Of a stretch of 64,000 nucleotides of DNA, positions 40,626-53,100 are shown piece by piece (within the stretch, counting starts at the first letter, position 1; every line of letters begins with the position of its first letter). A model generated the notes under the pieces. It was given only the letters and a program-made list of their open reading frames with translations, was not told the origin of the DNA and made no database searches. The stretch is taken from positions 445,210 to 509,209 of the forward strand of contig NMRA01000154.1 in NCBI GenBank assembly GCA_002633005.1, given 5' to 3'. The translations under genes and the position numbers were made by a program. This stretch comes from Phoronis australis. Taxonomy: Eukaryota; Animalia; Phoronida.

Positions 40626-42777
40626 TTACAAGGCCGACGTCTCCGATACTGCTTCGGAGGCTTCAGACGCGCCAGTAGATGTTGCCTCAGACGTAGCCGG
40701 TGGCTCTGCGGGTTTCTCCTTCTCCGGTTCTGGTTCCTTTGTGGGACTAGGCGCCTTCGGGGTGGATTCGACTTTAACTTCCTCAGGGGCTACAGCGGCG
40801 TTCGCGGCGTCCGGGCCAGGGGCGGCTTCGTCTGGCTTGCCCGCCGTCTCGGCTGCATTGGGTGCCGCTGCATTGTCCGCTGCGCCATTTGCCGCTGCAC
40901 CATCACCGGATTTCTTTTTGAGACAAGCACAGCCGAGTATCAAGACAACTATTGATGCTATAATTGCGACGGATATTATCGGAGTGACGAGACTGGGGGA
41001 CGGAAGTGAGCCTGGAACGTAATTGTGATGTGTGTAGTTAATCTGGCCAACACGAAAGCTTGAAGCAATTAGTCACCGGTGGGGAGATCAATCCATTCTT
41101 TTTAAATTACAAACTACATTGTCAGTCATCCAATGATGTGGATGTGCCGATTGGTACAGTTTGCATCCGTTTGATTTTTTCCATTTTAATTGCGGGCGTT
41201 ACAGAGAGCATGCTGACAAAAGGCACGACTAGGAAACTTCACGATGTCAATCAGATCAGAAGGGATTCCTAGCTCTGCTCGCGACCTAACGCTATAAAAA
41301 GTCAGATTCCAAGTGATTTTTCGGCACCGTTATGTCCCATAACTGAAACACTTCTAAAAGAGTATGTGCTGATAGCTACGCTTCCGCCTCACCACAAGAC
41401 TGGCTATGCCGTGGTGACTGACATGATTACGCCAAACTAAAGTAAGCAATGCCTGTCGGAATTTTTTTATTTACAAGACAGATTTTGATTCAATTCCGGT
41501 GATCTAAAAAAGGCGGAAGTCGTTTAAACGAATTGTGTACTAGGCGCTACAGCGGTAAAATGGGACATCTTGGTAGAGTTCAGTAACGCTAGGACCTCGC
41601 TAAAAACAAGCCAGGTATTGAACTGTACCCTTGTTTCAAGGTACGGTGAGTGTCAAATTGTATGTTTGAAAGAAAACTTGACCCTCTTGAAACGGATTTC
41701 GCCTCAATTAAGTTACTGCACGATTTCTAACCCCTCGCGAAGATAAAAGCTACAACACGATCCTCATTGAATCACAAAGTGCCCCATGTTATTCGAGGCA
41801 GGCGTCTTAGTATAACCGTTGATAAACTCTCCCGAAGCGTTAGTGACGCTTGCCGATTTCACTGACATTGCAAGGACTTTTCATACTGACTCCAAGCTTT
41901 TGAGGTTTGCCACGAAGGTTACGGAAATTGTTATGTATTTTTGCGTAGTCAGTGTCGGTTAATTGGCTAAAACATAGTTTAGTATCATTTTAATTTTGCA
42001 GAGCGTCACAAAACGAATCGTGAGATAAGACAAGGTAACACTTCTTGACTTCTGTGGTTATGCTGAGGGGGGAATGAACCTCATAGGTGTTATTCTTGGC
42101 TTGATAAACCACTTGTAGTTAGTTTTAGGTGCCCCCTGAAAGTTTTAAAAACCTCTAAAATCACAGGCCTACCTGAAAGATTTTCAATTGCTTCAATCCG
42201 CTTATTTTATGCCTATTTTACGTTTTGTTATGTTTGACACAAAACGCAATGCAGTGGCGTTTTGATCCTCGAATAAATTGCCAACTAATCTTATATATCA
42301 ACATATCCAACACCAGTCAAACTGCAATTACTTATCCTACCTGAAATAGTTCACCAAGTAGACAGTGAAAAACGAAAAGATCACACAATTTTGATTTGCG
42401 TGCTGATACATACACTGTAGGCCGCTTAATGCTTAATAATGTGATTCACCCAATATTACGTCACATGCCATGTTACTTCCTTAATATTACGTCACGATAC
42501 CAACTGGACGCAGATCCGAATATTGCTAATTGGATCTTCACAACACCTATACTGTTTTTATAACTGAAGTCATAGTCCATCTGCAACTTAATCTTTATAT
42601 CTTGTATACATTTTAACTTGTCTCTTCAACTAAAGATCAAAACAAGCAGTTGCCAATATCACAATGTACTTTTAGGAGATGTACTTTACCTTCCTGTCCC
42701 AGACTCTTTGCTGCTATTTCGACAGCAAAAATAGCCAACGTCAAAGCCAAAGTTTCTTTCTGAAATCTGAAAGCCAT
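40626..42777 (-). CDS. Uncharacterised small type I membrane protein (~157 aa): signal peptide, tiny ectodomain, TM helix, CACLKKK, Ala/Glu/Pro-rich tail
   Basis: Exon 1, 42777-42690, encodes MAFRFQKETLALTLAIFAVEIAAKSLGQE-G and ends at donor gtaaag (phase 1). It joins in frame to acceptor ttccag at 41011 (exon 2, 41011-40626), giving SLPSPSLVTPIISVAIIASIVVLILGCACLKKKSGDGAAANG...ETSAL*. Exon 2 is a GC-rich coding-like island. AATAAA on - at 40449-40454. Additional phase-1 exons in the intron cannot be excluded. Confidence 0.72.
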
Positions 42778-42863
42778 TTCTACACTTCCGTAGAAATCTG
42801 CCGCGCTGTTCGGAATACGGGATGAGTAAAAACGTCGCTACAAATCAAATGGCATAACATGGA

Positions 42864-42871
42864 TGACGTCA
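42864..42871. promoter_or_regulatory. Perfect CRE palindrome TGACGTCA near the start of the small membrane-protein gene
   Basis: TGACGTCA ~90 nt upstream of ATG 42777; two further AATATTACGTCAC variant sites at ~42452 and ~42483 in intron 1. Confidence 0.4.
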
Positions 42872-43913
42872 GCAGATTGTTGTGTTTTTATGAGGCTTTG
42901 GTTATCAAGATTCGATGTCACATGTTATCTGTTATTTTCTATTTAACAGCGTTGATGTTTTACAAAAATACAATATTTGATACTTCGGCGTCGTTCAGTT
43001 TGTGTACTAAAATCTAACCTTAAAGAGTGTTAGTTTGAACCTTTCGGACGCAGACAAATGATAATAATGATAATTAATAAGTGAACTTTGAAATTATGTT
43101 TTAATGGTTTCTACATACTAAGAATGTCCATGTAGTTTCTGAACAAGTTATCACGAACGACCACTTAAAGCTGCATTGTTATACAGCTAGCCAGAAACGA
43201 AAATTTAACAAGGCCTTTAACTCTCATAACATCGATCTCGTAATATCCCTTCCGTAATACTTGGATTTTATTTCCGTCACCAACTCTAATCACATTTAAT
43301 ATTTTCGATTTCGCAAATTTAGGGTTAGCCATTGCCAATAAACCTGAATCGTTTTCATGAGAGTTGTCGATGGTTTTGATGTTCTTTTTGGTAATGGAAA
43401 TAGTAGAACCCTATCATAATCATGAAGACTATTATGAAACCGATTTTCGTTTTAGCCCACTAAACATAGCGAAATGCTGCATCAAAATAGCACACAAAAA
43501 GGTTGGCGATGAAGAAGTTACAATTTTAGGTTTATTTGAAAACCATTTCCGCTTCGTTTTAGTCGATTTAAAGAGTTCCCACCATGACCCTGTGTCTCAA
43601 AAAGGAATTTTATTATTACATCTTAACAGATTTAATAGCCTGTACACCTGTTGCTACGAAACAATCTAAAAATTTTAAAAATATATTTTTCTGTTATCGA
43701 GTTTGTACGCAATGGGTGGAAGACCGCCTCAGCCGTTGTTGTTTTACCAGTGCGATACTGAAGAGTTGTGAAGAAAGTCCGCGTGGAACAGTCTTTTTCA
43801 GACATGAAAAGGTGCGTTTGTGGAAACTGTGGTAACAACAACTTGACTGTGAACGTCTTAGTGTTCCAATTTCCTAAATACGTGAAAATTGCACAAAAAT
43901 GGCATCGGTTTGT

Positions 43914-44059
43914 CATGGGCGGCGCACCATAGGGGCCTAGGGTAGGGCTATAGCCCCCCACTTTTTCAGGGCTAAGCCGCCCATGGTCTATAGGCGGTGC
44001 AACACAGGAGGGCTGGGGGGGGGTTGGCCCCCACTTTTTTCAGTGCTGCGCCACCCATG
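43914..44059. mobile_element. Two tandem ~70-bp GC-rich hAT-like mini-elements
   Basis: CATGGGCGGCGCACC...GCCGCCCATG followed by TATAGGCGGTGCA...TGCGCCACCCATG; both share GCCCCC(C)ACTTTTTCAG. Confidence 0.5.
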
Positions 44060-45154
44060 ATTGTGCGTCGAACAAGAGTGTGGAGTGTCAGTGTGGAATA
44101 TGAGATTCAGTTTGGCGTAAGCCACACTTTGATCGGCATATTTCAAAGAATCGTGTTTCGACCACACACATAAGCGGCGTTACAATGAAGGACTCACCAC
44201 CAAGTAAGTGCATTTGCAAATTTTGTAAATAACGAACAAACTGCTTCCATTCTAGGGCGAGTGATGCCAGGCCCTGGACCCCGGCCCAGATCGAGTGCTA
44301 CTACAAGTAGGCTTATGCATATTGTGTTTAGACTGTGCTCATTCCATCACGGCAATAGTGAATACGAGTAACCCAGGTTGGCTGTGGCCTTTGTCAGTAA
44401 TTATTAAGTGTCTATTTTGTGAGTAGTGACCACCACTTGGTAGAGTTGGTTGTGGCTCACATATGTCATTTCTCGTGCAAGTGGGTCGAGTTCATACGGC
44501 CTGAAACCCGACGAAAGTTCGCTAAATGGAAAATCGAATTCATTGTCTGATTCTTCAAGTACTTGAGTATAAGTGCCCGTATCCACTCTCCTCTCTATCT
44601 GCATAATAATTGTCCAATTCTCGCCTAATATTGTCATTGTCTTCTGACCTGCAGTGTTCCGACATTGAAAATAATTGTCAAGCGGCCAACCGTCTTCCAC
44701 CCATTGCATCATTTGGCGGGAAACTTAGAAATAAGTAATTTTTCTTCAAAATTAAAAAAGTTGCCACTATTTGGCATAAAAAGTGCCTATTTAGCAAGAT
44801 TTTATGGTATTCGATTCATATTAGCTAACTGAAACCTGAAAAAGTAAGAAAATGCATGGTGGGAACTCTTTAACATAAAACGAATATTAATGAAGATCAG
44901 TGTAGTCCAACCTTATTCAATCAAGTGATGCCTTTCTGTGGAGTGTATTCCAAATCCCACTTTGCGGTGGTGATGCGGTGACACCATTTCTAAAAGCTGT
45001 TGGTCTATTTACACCAACCGCTAGTTATAGCCTTTTCAAATTGCCACAACGTTTTGCTCACTCATTTCAGGGCTTACAGCGTTCTTAGGAAAACGAGAAC
45101 GGGTGTATGGTAAGCTCACGGTAGTCAGCGATGAACGGTTTTTATTTGGCGCAA

Positions 45155-45215
45155 GCTGAGATTGAATCAAGGTCCTTTAGATTGTCGTTCTTGTACTTTA
45201 ACGACTACACCACGG
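45155..45215 (-). mobile_element. Degenerate tRNA-derived SINE head
   Basis: The minus strand reads CCGTGGTGTAGTCGTTAAAG...CTTGATTCAATCTC (A-box and degenerate B-box). Confidence 0.35.
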
Positions 45216-45243
45216 AATTATATATTTATTAATTTTCTGTTTT

Positions 45244-45372
45244 TATGTATGTATTTATGTATGTGTGTATGTATGTATGTATGTATGTATGTATGTGTGT
45301 GTGTGTATGTATGTGTGTAAGTATGTATGTACATATGTATGTATGTATTTATGTATTTATTTATTTATTTAT
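45244..45372. repeat. (TATG)n/(TG)n/(TTTA)n compound microsatellite
   Basis: Direct inspection. Confidence 0.95.
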
Positions 45373-46169
45373 TATAGTGAAAAGTACAATTAATTGAAAC
45401 ATTGATATAACATTCGTAGGAAAGATAAGTACCCAGCCCAGTCGGGCTTATTATTCGCTTTAACCACACCTCAGATGTACCGTACAATAAATGCGAAGGT
45501 TTCTAAGTTCAAAAGCAGACTTATTGATGTGTTTGGCGAATTGCTTCCAGAATTACTGAAACAACAGTTTTAATGTATCTAGACTCCTGAAATCTTTAAG
45601 GTTGGGGACTTGAAATGAAATGTTATAGACCTCAGTGAGTTATAAAGAGAATAATCGGGCACAAAAACGTATCGCTCATCATCCACAAAAATAACACAAG
45701 GAAAGTCTTTAGCTTACAGGAGTGTTTAATTTCATTTCTTCATTTCAATGATGGTTGTCTTCTTCCTTCACTTTGACATTGTACAAATAATGGTTGCTAT
45801 TTAATTCCAAGTTGGGAACTGTACGGCACTTCCCCTGTGTTTCGAAGTTTCGAACCTTTCAAGTCATTTTTCGGACGTTACAGTTATGCAACACAGGTAA
45901 ATCGTGATTACTCATCGACACTCCCCAGAAAGTTGCGTCGTGATAAACATATTTTTTCTCTCATAGAAAGTCGTCTTCATGTGCTTGTCTGCGAACACGT
46001 AATACCCAAATTTACTGACAGAATCGGTTTTCTTTGTAACATTGTAACAATTCACCTGCGTGGCATGTGAAGACCTAAAACAGCCGCCAGAAAAAGTATG
46101 GCAATTGCATGTAGCTAACTAATTCGAAGAGTATATATACTATCGCCATCACATTCGATTTACGTATCA

Positions 46170-46800
46170 AAATTTCCATCACTGGGATGGTACATTACTT
46201 CTTATGCCATAATATCGCCATATCTTAGGAATGGTACATACACTTCTATTAACATAATATAATATCGCTATCACTTTGGAATGTTACATATACTTCTAAT
46301 ACCAAAACATCGACAACACTTTGGAATGGTACATATACTTATAATACCATAATATCACCACCTTTTGGAATGGTACATACACTTGTAGTACCATAATATT
46401 GCTATCATTTTGGAATGATACATATGCTTCTAATACCATAACATCGACAACACTTTAGAATGGTACATATACTTATAATACCATAATATCTCCATCTTTT
46501 GGAATGGTACATACACTTCTAGTACCATAATATCCCCATCACTTTGGAATGATACATATACTTCTAATACCATAACATCGACAACACTTTGGTATGGTAC
46601 ACATACTTCTAATACCAACAATATCACCACCACTTTGGGATTGCACCTATATTTCTAATATAATATCGCAATTACTTTCCAACGATACAGTTATATACCT
46701 CTAATACTATTTTATCCACGTCAATTTTGAATGGTAGATATGCTTCTAATACAAATAATAATATCGCCAAAGCTGTCGAATGGTACACATACTTCTCTAA
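46170..46800. repeat. 44-45-bp minisatellite with 134-bp higher-order trimer
   Basis: TGGAATGGTACATATACTTCTAATACCATAATATC.CCA.CACTT units; variant ACATCGACAACACT recurs at 46307, 46441 and 46575. Confidence 0.9.
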
Positions 46801-47103
46801 TACAGGCGTGACCCCTTCATTTTTGCACATTTTTAGTAGGCAAAGACCAACTTACAAGATAAGTCAAAACTGTGTTAACCCTTAATAGCCTCAATGCCCA
46901 GTCTCTCCAAAATGGCCGCAGTCAGATCTAACATAATAGTATCGCCACCACTTTTGCTTCCATCAGAAGAAATGACTGAAATAGTCGAAAGTCATGTTAA
47001 CACTTTTAATTGCTGACTTATCGATCTGTCATGTCTCGCTTGTGTGTTCTGATTATCTTTTTGTGATGTCAGTATGAACGCATGCTCGATCACCTCAGCT
47101 AGG

Positions 47104-50100
47104 TCATTGTGAAACTTGCTTACAGGTCTCTTCCGGTAGACTTGTAAGAGCCTGCACCCTGCACACAGCTCCTTTGGGCCTCTCCGCCGACTTATCCCCC
47201 ACCTGCGATTTCTGTAGACTGGGTGATATAGCATCCGACTGCAGACTTTTCAAACTGTGAATCGACAGCTTCTCAGCAGCCAAGGCCGGCTCCGATTCGA
47301 TGGATTTGATCTTGTTCTCTAATATTTGTGACTCCATCTGTGCCTCTACCGTTTTCATTACCTCATGCGCATTTTTTCTATCGCTGAGTGGAGATTTTGC
47401 AATACCCAGCTCTACCTCATTGATGCTAACATTCGTTGACTGTGGTAAAGTGAACTCCAGGTTGTCCGGGACCGGTGGTTGTTGGCGCCCTTCCACACCT
47501 CCGTGGCGTCTATGGATGTACTTGTAGGCGTAGAGGCCGCTACCGATAAGCGCAGCCGCGATGAAGGCACCAATGAAGGACACTGTGATAATGCCGTTGA
47601 CAGGAAAGTTGTTACCTACATCGGGTTCCTTTATGTGGACTTTAGCTTCTTCGAGTAAAGTATTAACAGCTGAAACAAGGGCATTTGTGTCTTACTCAGG
47701 AAGGCAGTGAAGTCTAGGGAGTTTAACATGCAGATGTTATTGAAATGGTACAAAACATTCTTTTTGATTTGTTCTTGGAATTTAAGAGAGTGCTTCTGCA
47801 TTTGCTGTATTAGGAGAAGTTCAACCGTTTTTGTTATTTCAAGGAATGAAAAATCATAAAATACTGGTAGAAGCTGGTAACGGCCGACTGCAAGAGGTTC
47901 ATTTCAGTAGCGTACAGTCAACTATACAATTTAACCGAAAAGGGAGTATATTGTTGAGGGATTTCAAGAAGAATGGAGAACGCAGATGATTTTAGGCTAA
48001 ACGAGATTTATTAACGAGTTTAGAATGCTAGTAACTGTTACATCTATCTGCACGCGCGCACCCAGCCTGAAATAAAGGGGCTCGATTTTTTTAGAATGTG
48101 GGGTATGTTCAGAGCCATGAATTGTGCATTCGCCGAATTTTTTAGTTCCTGCCTTTTTAGTGGACTTTTACCTCTATTTCTACTTTTATCGGAGTATTTG
48201 TTTCTCTGAGGCGGACCTTTTTTGCCCACTCGGCCAAATGAGGGGGCTCGTTGGAGCCAGGATGCGCGCATGGTCTGAGAATGGTTTTTTTCTTTTTGGT
48301 AATCTTGTGGTTAACTTGTTCGCAGCAGAAATGTTAAGAAGAAGTTATGTTTAGAAGGCTACTTGTACACTGTAAAATTAGAAAGACGTGACGAAACTAC
48401 GAATTTCAGCCCAAAGTCTAAACATTGAAAAAGGGCGTGAACTTGGTGCATCAAGGGCAGGCGTACTGCGAGCAATGCTTGACTGGAGAAAAAGAGTCCG
48501 AATGTCATAGTCTTCTTAACTGGTCTTTTTAGGAAAGCCTTAGAGAGAAATGTGTGACAAATATTTCAGGTGATTACCTCGATTTATTTCATCTAGATAG
48601 CAGGAATCATAAAAAGTCGGCTCTATACGTGTTTTTGGATTTAAAAGATAAGACTTTAAAACCTCTAAGTTTTTCATGCATAGTGAGTGCGTAAGACATT
48701 TATGGGCCTGTGGCCGGAGGATGCAGGAATAAATTTTACGGTCTCGTTCATGGTTTCTGTGTGGTTTCCAAAGCGAAGAGTTCCGCTGGACCTCCTCAGG
48801 AACGTAACGTTTCGTTCCAAAATTCTATAAGAAAGTTTCGTTGGGCATTTTCTTGAGTAGGCCTACTTCTGGCTAATGTGAAATTAGCAGTCACTGGAAA
48901 TCCAGGGAAACCAATACCGATGGACACAAATGCAAAAGAAGTGCTCTTTCTTTCTATGACAATCTTAGTTGCATGTTTTACGACGTGAATTTTCATTAAG
49001 CAGCACAACTTGCGCAGCATCTCACCTTCTCTCATCTTGTCCAGTAGGGGAACCATGTAGTACCTGCGCATGTCCACGACATCCTCGTCAATTCTTCCGT
49101 CCATATCATCATCCTCGCTGTTATCTGCCTCCTCGTCCACTCTGCCGTCGCAGTCGTTGTCAACCCCGTCGCCTGGCTCGTGGCGACGAGCTTTCTCCAC
49201 GCACTTAAGCGTGCTCAGTTGCATTCCTGCCGGCGTCGCATAGGCGTCGCTTGCCTGGTTGACACCGTAGAGGAAAGCGCCGAATTTGACGAACGCCTTC
49301 CTGTGGTAGATCAAGTGCACTCCAGGCTTGATCGCGTTCGTCACGGACACCCATTTGTCGCATGTTGCCATCGTGTGCTCTCTTTTCAGAGTGTCTGTAA
49401 AGCTTCGTGGAGAAAAGGCAAAACACTAGCAAATTATTTATCGTTCATTTTTTCTCACGCTTTATACGAATGCACAGAATTCGAACTTGACACAAGCTAA
49501 GGAACACATCGCTCCTGGTTTTAAATGACCAATTTCGTATTTTAGGATTTGTACCAAGGAGCACTATATTCTTGTTACCGTTTGTTTTTAGGTTTTCGAC
49601 AAGTGCATTAACAAAAATATCTACAAAAATATCACCTAAGTCAAGATACTTTTCATATTCTGATATTTGACTTAATAGCAATCCGTCATTGTTTGGTTCA
49701 GATGAACATGTCGTTTAATTAAATTAAGCGAAAATGACGGGTACAATGATAAAATAACGCTTTCAACAACATCACCAGCGTTTCTCATACAAATTTTCAG
49801 TGTGAAATGTCAATAGCATTGTTGCAGGTTTTTAAGTTATCACTTTTATTTCGATTTTGTAAACTTCCATTTTTCAGGTTGTAGTGCTAATATGACGTGA
49901 CATTTGTACTGTAGGTTGTGGTTTTCGTGTTGCAGTGTTGCAGGTTAAGAGTTGAATTGGAATGACTGGGACTTTAAACGGAACGTGGAACTATGTTCGA
50001 AGTTCCAAATTCCTGATTCGGAGAATGAAACCGTAGAAATTACATTATAAATATGGCACTATAGACGGTCAGCGGAACCTGGAACCAAATAATAACACAC

Positions 50101-53100
50101 GGATCGTGAACTTCGATGCTGAAGAGATGCCGTGTTCGAAGCTTAGCTCATGAACTCGCCAAATGCGACTTAGAATCTCAGGTCGACAAACCGTCGGAAG
50201 CTGAGGTCGCTACACCAAAAAGTTCGTGCCGCTGACACCGTTATTTAAAATTAAGCGTACTCCTTCCATTTCTCCGGTAAATATACAACCATTCGCTGGG
50301 TATTTCGATGTTCATGTTCATTACCCGGCCTTACGCTGCGAGACATCGCCGCGTCACTGACGACCCTAGGCTGTCACGTTTTCCGTCATCAAACAGGGGT
50401 CCCCATGTCAACTCTCCCATCACTTCACGATGTTCACCCGACTTCATAATTTATTCACATATATTTCCAAGTTGTATATTGGTTTGAACATCCCAATTCA
50501 ATCTAATTAAGTTCCTTTTATCGATGGATAACGCAGGCGACCGGAAACACCCTAAAAGGAGACGCGTGTTTCATGGTCCAACCTTGCCCGAATTTTACCG
50601 AACAGTTACGACTTGTGTCTGTTTACTCCCTCCTATAATTTAAGAGCGTCTGTACTGACTGCTAAAAACGGCAAATGCGCTGATTTCACGAAATAAAAGG
50701 GACATTTGTGAACCAAAGGTATCAAATCTAGGAAAAATGTTATTAATTTAAACTTTGGATGCCACAAAAATTGTGAAGGGAAATTTTGGTGACTTATTTT
50801 CTAACTTTGCTACTTGTTGAGGCGACTTCGGGTTATTCCCAGGTCGCCAAACACAGTCTGAAGTCGCATTGGCGAGCTGCAGGTCGCCAGCATTCGATCG
50901 AGTTCGAGGCGTCATTGTCACTATACACCTACCGTGCTGTGTCTAGTACTAGGCCAGACAGGTGAATCTTCTCAATTATGACGGTTAAGTTACTTGTAAA
51001 TCTGGTTTCAATGGCAAAGTCGTCCTTTCGAGGGGATTTCGGCACGATAAACAAGTAATCCGAGCGAAACTGTTCGACGGGCGGTACGATCGAAATGGCA
51101 GGCCCGGAATTGGGTGCGCAAACGACGACGCCATGTGGTCGCTGTCCCCCCACCGACACCGCGACGAGTTGCCTGTTAATAGTAGCGCCGATGTTCCCCT
51201 GGTGGCCTTTACTAGAGAAGATTTTAATCTGTTGCACTTCTTCTTCCCACTGTAGAGTTGCACTGACCGTTGCAAGCGGTGTAATGACAAAGTTCGATTT
51301 CTGTCCCGTGTTTATATCGAGCGGAGCTATGACCGAGCGCGTCCCCCAGTTGTCTGTTGGAACAAGCATCTCGATTTTCTGACCGTAGTGTCGTTCTCTG
51401 GACTGGTCGTTGCCACGACTACCGATGATAACTGCAACAGGTGTACTGGCAACAATGCATTGGACGTCTAGGCTTTGACCGATTTGAAATACGTGTGCCT
51501 GTTTGAAGAGTAACACCCTGCATTATTTAAGTGAAGCGGACTTAAGAATTTTCATTGATTGAGAAAGACACATACATTTGTGCACTGATGACAGCAAATA
51601 AATGAAAATGCGTCAGAGTCTGTGTTCAGTGGACAAATTACTGCTGATTTCTTGCTGTAGTTTTTAAATGGTAAAGGATAAATACCTCGTAAGATGAAAG
51701 TGGCATTGAGAATATGGTTTCTTTACTGCGGAAGAAGGCTTGAGACGCTGGATAAATCAGTTGTACTTCCGTGTCCTCCGTGGCGACAACGGCCGCACAC
51801 GCGATCTCGTTTTTGCCCAGTCCCGAGAAACAGTATTTGGTGGACAGTGCCTCCTCTGGCCAGATGAGGAATCCCTCTGATCCCATAGTGTTGGGGCTGA
51901 ATCATCAACCAAAGATTAGCTGAACTGCATTTTACAAGTCTGATTGAAGCACATAGCCAATATGGGGGACGGTATTCAGGTTCACATTTCTGTATACTTG
52001 CATATGACGGTGACACTGCAAAAATGACTATTGTGCATTATTGGTTATGACACAATGGCATAAATTTTAACAGCACAAACGTGAAAGCGCGCGTGTTCCA
52101 AACATCCAGAACCATTGTTGTAGTTTGTATACAGTACATCACACCTCCGCCTCGTTTTCACGCATATGACGAATTCCGATATTAGTGAATACGCGGCTGG
52201 AGCTGTGGGCGTGAGTGACCTACGGTTCGAATTTATTTACATATTTTAAGTTCGCACGTTGCAAGAAGTTTTCAACTTACTAAAAAGAACTTTCATGACG
52301 TCTTCATGTCTGAACAAGGAGAGAAGCATGAGCCTAGTTAGTGTTTTACGATTGTGGCTCCGGCCCTCGCTTGCATTGATGGCTACCAAACAACGAAAGG
52401 TCTCCGGCACGAAGAACGGATGTAGAAAAAGGCCGATGTTTCCGAAGAGTGGGAAATTTTCCAGAAACGAAATGTGTATTAGGTTTATATGTTGATGGTA
52501 ACGAACAACGGAGTCGTGGCTCAAGAAGTTCGAGGATACGACCGGAAGTGGGGAAACCATACAGCATCGTAAAGTATTGTGCCAAAATTTTTCGTTTAAT
52601 GGGTACACGGAGTTCCATCCGGATTTTTGATAATGCACTGACCTACTTCCGATGCCATATAAAATGCTTGTATGACCAGTTTAGAATACACAGTTTCACC
52701 TGCTCATTGCCAAAAGAACAATGTCTCCGCCACTGACGATCACTTGCACCGCACCACCAGGTGGCGTACCGGTACGTGCAATTTCGGCTGGGAGTCTGTA
52801 TACCGTTACTACGCCTCTGTTGACATTCACCTTTGCGTGGGGCACGTCTTCTGAACTGTTGACGAAAGGAAAAGCAAATCAAACGTTTTCAGGTTTAGTG
52901 ATCAGGTCCGGAATCTAACCCTTACCTCGGCCGCGTGCTGTTACCACGCACCGCAAAACTTAGTCACGCACACTGATAAACCTGACAATGACGGAGCCTG
53001 ACCTCCAATCACACTCGGGCCCTTTTGTCTCAGACGCCCACCCCCTGGGTACGCACATGAAAACTGAATGCGAAATGGTCCTCTTGTAATGATATCTTCA

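Noticed and set aside
41060-41353. Extra coding exon for the small membrane protein
   Set aside because: Each candidate acceptor (41353, 41342, 41291) reaches a stop in the required phase-1 frame and I found no convincing donor to rescue it.
49394-49397. CAG acceptor for FCGBP-like exon 5
   Set aside because: Gives the wrong frame after the phase-2 donor at 50933; the AAG acceptor at 49403-49405, right after the pyrimidine tract, restores the frame.
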